From Fonticula alba ATCC 38817 (lineage: Eukaryota; Protista; Nucleariida), in assembly GCA_000388065.2 (NCBI GenBank), contig KB932214.1: DNA of 52,725 bases; one strand, given 5' to 3'. Made by a program: the position numbers and the translations under genes. The notes under the pieces are model-generated. The model was not told the origin of the DNA. It was given only the letters and a program-made list of their open reading frames with translations, and did not search any database. Positions 46,503-52,725 of this stretch are shown one piece after another. Numbering within the stretch: position 1 is the stretch's first letter; each line of letters begins with the position of its first letter.

Positions 46503-48198
46503 TTAGTTGACGATCATGCCCTGGGCGAAGACCAGAAGCAGGGACATCAAAGAGCGGGTGTTGTACTTGAGACCCTCCAGGGAGAAGCCCGGGCGGTTGA
46601 CCAGGTCCCCGGGGCGGTGGTACTGGTTGTCGGCGATCGGGCCACAGCGCTCGAAGATCTGGGTGGACAGGTAGCCCAGCTCGTGGAAGGCCTGGTGGTC
46701 GGAGCAGCAGGCGTCGGTCAGGCAGACGTCCACCTCGGGGACGTACTTTTGGACGACGCGCGAAGCCAGCTCAACAAGATCAGAATCGGTGTAGCGGCTG
46801 GGGAAGGCGGTCTGGAAGTTCTCGCCCTCCTGATTGAAGGCCAGCATGTCGGACTGGAACATGTAGACAATGTCATCGCCACGCTCCTTGGCGGCCTTGG
46901 CATAGGCGCGCGAGCCGACGAGGCCCTGCTCCTCGGCCGAGAAGGTGGTGAAGATGACGGTGTAGTCGAAGGACACCTTGTTGATGCGGATCAGATCGGC
47001 GATGTGCAGCAGGGCCGAGGTGCCGGAGCCATCGTCATTGGCACCCGGGGCGTCGGTGGTCGGGCTGTTGACGTCGATGGCGCGCGAGTCGTAGTGCGCG
47101 CCGAGGACGACGAACTTGTCGGGGTAGCGGCGGCCCGGCAGGACGGCCACCACATTCGGGGACATGTCATCGCGGAAGGTCTCCAGGGTGGTGGTGAAGC
47201 CCATGCTGGTGTACTGGTCGGCGATCCACCTGGCCGCGTCGTGGGCCTGGGTGGAGTAGGCGTTGCGGGTGGTGAAGGGCGAGTCGGAGGCCTCGCCGGT
47301 CAGGTACTCGAGGTAGTAGCGCAGGTCGTCCTCGTTGACCTGGTCCAGGAGGCGGAAGCGGGCGGCATCGACCTCCTGGCCCTCAGTGCCGAAGGTGGCA
47401 GCCAGCTCGCGGAGGGCCGCCTGGTTGCGCTGCAGCAGCGACTCCAGCGGGTACTCCGGGACGGTGAGGATCTCGGTGCCCAGGGAGATGTCGCGGAGGA
47501 GGGCATCGCGGAAGAGGCTGGGGCCGACCTCCGGCATGGCGGGCAGCATGGCAATGAAGCGGTTGGAGTCGGAGTGGAGGATCTGTCGCCGGAGGGGGGC
47601 GAGTGTGTGTGTGTGTGTGTGTGTGTATGTGTCAGCGGTCAGGCAGTCGATTGGGCGGGGCTTGGACGATGCATGTCCGGAGGGAGGAAGGGCGGCGGCG
47701 GTGGCGGGGAGGGGGGGGGGGACGGACCTCGGCGTTGTAGCGGTTCAGGGCGTTGTGGATGCGGCTACCCCAGGCGCGGACGGTTCCGGGGCAGTCGGAC
47801 TCCAGGAGCTAGGGGGAGGGGGGGGGGGGGGCGAGCGGGACGAGCGGGGTAAGTGCCAGGAAGGGGCATGGGTGATGGCGTGAGCAGGGCGCGCTGGCCG
47901 GGACACGCACGTCCTTCTCCAGGATGTAGACCTTGCGAGAGGGCTCGACATCGGCCAGAATCCGGGCCTCCGGGAACTGGGAAGCCAGGTCGGCGAACTC
48001 GTTGACATTCTCGTCGATGATGAGCAGGGCGTCCTCGTGGTAGTAGCCGCGGACGTCGCGGGTGCGGATCAGATCCTTGATCTGCTCGGGGGTGGCGCCG
48101 GGGACGAGGGCCCACTTGCGGGGGGAGGCAGCCGAGACGACGGCCGCCAGGAGGGCGAAAAGGGCAATGCCCGTGATGAGAGCGCGGCGGAAGTTCAT
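46503..48198 (-). CDS. Secreted M28-family zinc aminopeptidase (leucyl-aminopeptidase-like), 3 exons, 482 aa
   Basis: Phase-0 exons (minus) 47911-48198, 47728-47808, 46503-47582. The N-terminus MNFRRALITGIALFALLAAVVSA looks like a signal peptide. Metal and catalytic motifs are VLGAHYDS, APGANDDGSG, FSAEEQGLVGS, QSDM, CSDHQAF and QYH. Confidence 0.9.
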
Positions 48199-48601
48199 GC
48201 TGTCCAGGGGGCAGGGGAGGGGGAGCCTGGGCAGAGGGGGGGTGGGGAGAGGGGCGAGAAGGTGAGGTGACTGCCGGCCCGGCCGGGTCGGTCGATCTGG
48301 TCCGGCAAATGCCTCGGTCCCCCCCCCCCCCGCCCCCTGCGCCGGTCAGTGGCTGGCCATCTGCGGCAGCCTGGCCCGCTGGGGGCCGCCGGTCAGCGGG
48401 CGACACCCCCGGGCCTGGTGCATAGTCATCAGGCCTGCAGGGGGGATGCCGTGCCATGGACGCGACGCAGCCGCGAGGCACCGACGGGCCGAGGGGGGGG
48501 GGGGCTCTGTGTGCGCCCGGCCGGGAAACACTCTGTCATTGCCCAAGAGCGGATCAGGAACCGGGGGGGGGGGGGAGGGCGGAGTGGCGCGCCCTGCGGC
48601 T

Positions 48602-48638
48602 GGGGGGGGGGGGCACAAGGGGGGGGCACAAGGGGCGG
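48602..48638 (+). repeat. G-run/CACAA motif G12-CACAA-G8-CACAA-G4-CGG, copy 1
   Basis: The same motif recurs at the end of the window (about 52688-52725). Confidence 0.8.
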
Positions 48639-48933
48639 TCCAGTCAGGGCCCCCATGCTCGCCCGCGCGTTGAATGGGGCCCTGTTGAGATGTGGGATCA
48701 TGTCTTGCGTGGACACACATTTCTCCGGCGTGCGGCCGGGGCACGGTCGCAATGGCCCTCGGCGCCTCGGCGAGGCCCGGGGTGATGTTCGTCCTCCAGG
48801 CCCCGCGCGCGGGCACGTATAACAGCCCGAGCCCCGGAGGGACCGCGGCGCCGGTGGGGGCAACTCTCGCTGCAGGGTGATGTGTTTTTGGCCGGGGCCC
48901 GGGCGGCATGGTTTTTTTTCTTCTCGCCCTGCC

Positions 48934-48970
<37 letters not shown>

Positions 48971-49835
48971 CCGCTCTTTCCCCCGGCCCTACGGGTGCGT
49001 TGTCATTGACCACTTTCTGCGGAAGCGGCGGGGGGAGGGGGGATGCCCGTTCGGCCGGGAGCGCCTGGCCCGGGCGTGAACCCGGCCCCGGTCACGGTGG
49101 CCCGGAATGCCGGCCCGGCTCGGAGCGACACGAGGCGGGCTGTCCAAGGGGAGCCCAATTGCCCCAGTCCCCCCGGGGGCAGGGGGCGCGGGGTCGCAGG
49201 CATGAATCGGTGCCGGCCCGCGGACGGGCGCCAGGCGAGGGTCAGATGGGGGGGGTGCACACCGGCCAGGTCCGCTCACCCTCGCCGCCCGGTCACTGCT
49301 GCCACGCTCGCTCCCCGACCGACACGCGGTGTTGGGACCGCGGCACACGGCGGAGGGCACAGCCGGCGCGCGTGTGGCGCAGGCCGTCCGTCTGGGCATC
49401 TTGCCGGATGGTCCGCCTCGTCGCCCCTCCTCCCCCGGCCCAGCTGCGGCTGTTCCCCGGAGGGCGGGGGGTGGGGGGAGACGCATGCTTGGGAAAGGCG
49501 GCCGGGCTCTTTTCAGTCCCGCGAGGGCGTCGCAATGCGCCCGGCCGCGTTATTTGAGAGGTGTGTTCTCCCCCCCCCGCCCCCCATCCACCCCCCCCCC
49601 CTGCCCGCGCTCCAGAAGGGTGTCCAGCATCGTCCGCGCCTCAGCAGGCTCGCGCGAGAGAGGGTTTCGAGCACCCGCATTGGCCACAGCACCCCCGTTC
49701 AGGAACACCAGATGTGCAAAGACCGTGAGGCACCGACAGTCCTCGGTGGCCTCTCGATTAACCGAATTCCATTTCCGACATTCACTCAAGTGCCATGGTG
49801 TATTGGTTGGGTGGTGTTGGCAGTTACGGCGACTC

Positions 49836-52615
49836 TCAGTGGTCACGCGGGACCAGCAGGGGGGACCGATCGTTCAGAACCTCCCCCCCATGGTCGTCGT
49901 CGTCATCGTCCTCCGGCCGATCGCCGGCGGCGGCGGCGGCGGGGTGGCCATCAATGGGAGGGGAGCGGGCGCTGCCACGGCGCTGGCGGGGCAATCCCCC
50001 GAGCCCCGGGCCGAGGCCGGTGTTGATGCTGCCAAATTCGCTGGGGTGCTCGTTGATGCTGAAGGACGCGGCGGCCGCGGCCGGCAGGATGGCCAGGTCA
50101 TCCTCCTCGGCCTGCTCCTCCACCACGTCCAGGAGGGAGTCCCCGGCATCTGACGGGCAGGGGGAGAGCGAGGAGTGGGTGGACTGGGCATCGAGGTTCT
50201 TGATGCCGGCGAGGCGGGCGGCCTCCTGGTCCTCCGGGTCCTCGGGCGCATCCTCCTTGGGGTGGCCGGGGGCGGCCGGGTCCGGGCCACCCTGCAACTG
50301 GCGCAGGACCAAGCCCCGGTAGACGCCCTTGCGGCGGGCAATCAGCTGGTCGTGAGTGCCACGCTCGACGATCTTGCCGCCCTGCAGGACGAGGATGGCG
50401 TCGGCATTCTTGACCGTGGACAGCCGATGGGCGATGACGAGCACGGTGCGCGACTCCATGGCCCGGTCGATGGCCTCCTGGACTTGGAATTCGCTCTCGG
50501 CGTCCAGAGCCGAGGTGGCCTCGTCCAGGAGGAGGATGCGCGGGTTCATCAGCAGGGCCCGGGCGATGGCGATGCGCTGCTTCTGCCCGCCGGAGAGGCG
50601 GACGCCGCGTTCGCCCACCAGCGTGTCATAGCCCTGGGGGAAGGCCGAGATGAAGTCGTGTGCGTTGGCCTGGCGCGCGGCGTTGATGATATCCTCCTCG
50701 GGGACATGGAAGGACCCGGGCACGGGGCTGCCGGCCGCCGACCGGTGCTGGTACGAAAATTCCTCCTGAATGCCGAAGGCAATGTTTTCGCGGATGGTCG
50801 TGGCGAAGAGCACCGGCTCCTGCGACACCAGGGCCACCTGCGACCGGTACCACTTGGGATCGAGGGTGCGCAGGTCGTGGCCATCGACCAGGATCTTGCC
50901 GGAGGTCACATCGTAGAAGCGCTCGAGCAGTGACACGATGGTGGACTTGCCGCCGCCTTTTTTTTTTTCCATCCCCCCCGTACAGAGTGAGATGTTATTC
51001 TCTCGCACACCAAAACGAGGACACACGGCAGGGGCCCGAAGGAGGGAAAGCATGCATACACACACACACACACACGCGCGCAAAGGAGATATCGTGGGAC
51101 ACGCACCAGACGGGCCAACAAGGGCCAAAACACGCCCCGGGGCCAGGTCCAGCTGGATGTCATCCAAGATCTGGCTGTCCGGGCGCGAGGGGTACGTGAA
51201 GGAGACGCGGTCGAAGGTGATGTGTCCGGTGAGGCTGGGCAGGCGCAGGCCGCTGTCGAGGCAGATGCACAAGGGGGCCGGAAGTCCAGCAGCAGGTTCG
51301 TTTGAGCACATTGGGAGGGTGTTCAGTGGCGAGGGAGTGGGTGGCTTTGGGTGTCATCGTGGAGAAAGAAACAAGAAAGGGGGGAGAGGAAAAGAGCGTG
51401 GCGCACCCCTTGACCGGGATGGTGGGAACCCGGTCGATCAGGCCGAAAACGCGCTCACTGGCTCCGACGGCGGCCATGAAGTCGCCGAAAAGGCTCGACA
51501 GGAAGGCGAAGGCCTGCATGTCCGGTTGCAATGCACGGTCGGGGAAGGCGTGCGCGCGCGCGCGTGGTGTGTGTGTGTGTGTACATATGTCAGGGGAGCT
51601 GCCACTGTCTCAAGGGGAACGCGGCCCCCCCCCAGGGGATGGAGGGCCATGGTGGGACCACCTTCCCAAGCAACATACCATGGCCACCGACAGGGTGTAA
51701 ATGAGGAAGGAGGTCAGGAGGCCGGTGGTAATGCGGCCTTCGATGACAAGGACACCGCCATACCACAAAACCAGGGCAATGGCCGCCTGGGGAACGAATC
51801 CGAGCAGGCCATTGAACAGACCATACACGAAGGCGATCTTGCGACCGAGCAGGTAGCTGGCAGTTGAGGGGGAGAGGAGACATGGCACGGTTGAGGGNNN
51901 NNNNNNNNNNNNNNNNNNNNNNGCTGCCACTGTCTCAAGGGGAACGCGGCCCCCCCCCAGGGGGGATGGAGGGCCATGGTGGGACCACCTTCCCAAGCAA
52001 CATACCATGGCCACCGACAGGGTGTAAATGAGGAAGGAGGTCAGGAGGCCGGTGGTAATGCGGCCTTCGATGACAAGGACACCGCCATACCACAAAACCA
52101 GGGCAATGGCCGCCTGGGGAACGAATCCGAGCAGGCCATTGAACAGACCATACACGAAGGCGATCTTGCGACCGAGCAGGTAGCTGGCAGTTGAGGGGGA
52201 GAGGAGACATGGCACGGTTGAGGGGGGGGGGGGGGGGGGTTAGCCCAAGGTCAGGAGACGATTGCTTGTATGTGCCCCTCTCTTTGGTGTACCTCTGGTA
52301 GGTGGCATTTGTGTACTGCTGGTTGGATCGGTCCTCGCCCGAGAAGGAGCGAACGGTACGCATGTTGCTGATGACTGCACGGAGGGGCCCGGCGCCGGGG
52401 TGGAATGGGTCAATGCCGGGGGGGGGGGCGGGAGTAGGGCAAGCAGCAGGGCATCATGGCGACATACCCTCCTCGGCCACGGTCAGCGCATCGGCCAACG
52501 CCTCCTGGAACTTCTTCTGCAGGGTGCGCAGGTACTTTCCATAGGCCACGGCTCCGATGGTGACCAGGGGCACAACCGAGAACATGATCAGAGACAGCTG
52601 CCAGCTAAGAAGGAA
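49836..52615 (-). CDS. ABCB-family half transporter (TAP/MDL-like), 3' portion; gene continues beyond the window
   Basis: Exons (minus) 52468-52615, 52293-52374, 52006-52183 (duplicated at 51679-51856), 51407-51513, 51107-51252, 49836-50956. TMD motifs are [19 protein letters not shown] and [14 protein letters not shown] motifs are FTYPSRP, Walker A GPSGGGKST (split by an intron), [20 protein letters not shown], Walker [13 protein letters not shown] and IAHRLST. Confidence 0.92.
51598..52225. repeat. Tandem ~300-nt duplication around a 25-N gap, containing two identical copies of one ABCB exon
   Basis: 51598-51897 matches 51923-52222. The differences I saw are confined to homopolymer length, and the copies are separated by N 51898-51922. 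Confidence 0.9.
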
Positions 52616-52687
52616 CTGCATGCCGAGAGAGGAGGGCGGGGAGGGGAGGATCAGTTGGCTGTTGTGGCCATGGTCGCAAGGGGGGGC

Positions 52688-52725
52688 GGGGGGGGGGGGG
52701 CACAAGGGGGGGGCACAAGGGGCGG
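52688..52725 (+). repeat. G-run/CACAA motif, copy 2 (truncated by window end)
   Basis: G13-CACAA-G8-CACAA-G4-CGG, matching 48602-48638. Confidence 0.8.

Noticed and set aside
1-52725. tRNA, rRNA, spliceosomal snRNA, SRP RNA, telomeric repeats, CRISPR arrays, transposase or reverse-transcriptase genes
   Set aside because: Visual search for hallmark strings (GGTTCGA T-loops, U1/U2/U6 motifs, TTAGGG arrays, repeat-spacer periodicity, DDE/RT motifs) found nothing. An Infernal or tRNAscan run would be needed to exclude divergent RNAs.

Overview
A very GC-rich, intron-containing eukaryotic draft-genome scaffold with nine N-gaps, nearly all flanked by homopolymers or microsatellites. The introns are GT-AG (donors mostly GTGCGT/GTATGT/GTACGT), and the gene content is opisthokont-like. 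The style resembles the amoeba Fonticula alba, but that is inference and was not verified. I reconstructed ten protein-coding genes by hand with phase-consistent splice junctions: an ANTH/AP180-CALM-like adaptor (+), Sm D2 (+), ribosomal protein eL18 (-), an intronless class I SAM methyltransferase of prokaryote-like type (+), cytoplasmic dynein-1 heavy chain (+, about 5013 aa, with a 13.95 kb final exon), a protein with a Hook-type calponin-homology N-terminus and a Ser-rich tail (-, tail-to-tail with dynein), a NAP/SET histone chaperone with a very long acidic His-studded tail (-), PDCD5 (+), a secreted M28 aminopeptidase (-) and the 3' part of an ABCB half-transporter (-). I saw no tRNA, rRNA, CRISPR array or recognisable transposon. 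The best leads are: (1) an atypical Hook-domain protein, apparently lacking room for a full coiled coil, right next to the dynein heavy chain gene; (2) the methyltransferase as a horizontal-transfer candidate; (3) a dileucine-tailed ABCB transporter whose Walker A is split by an intron ending in an A-tract acceptor. None of these is a demonstrated new system. Several duplications look like assembly artefacts.
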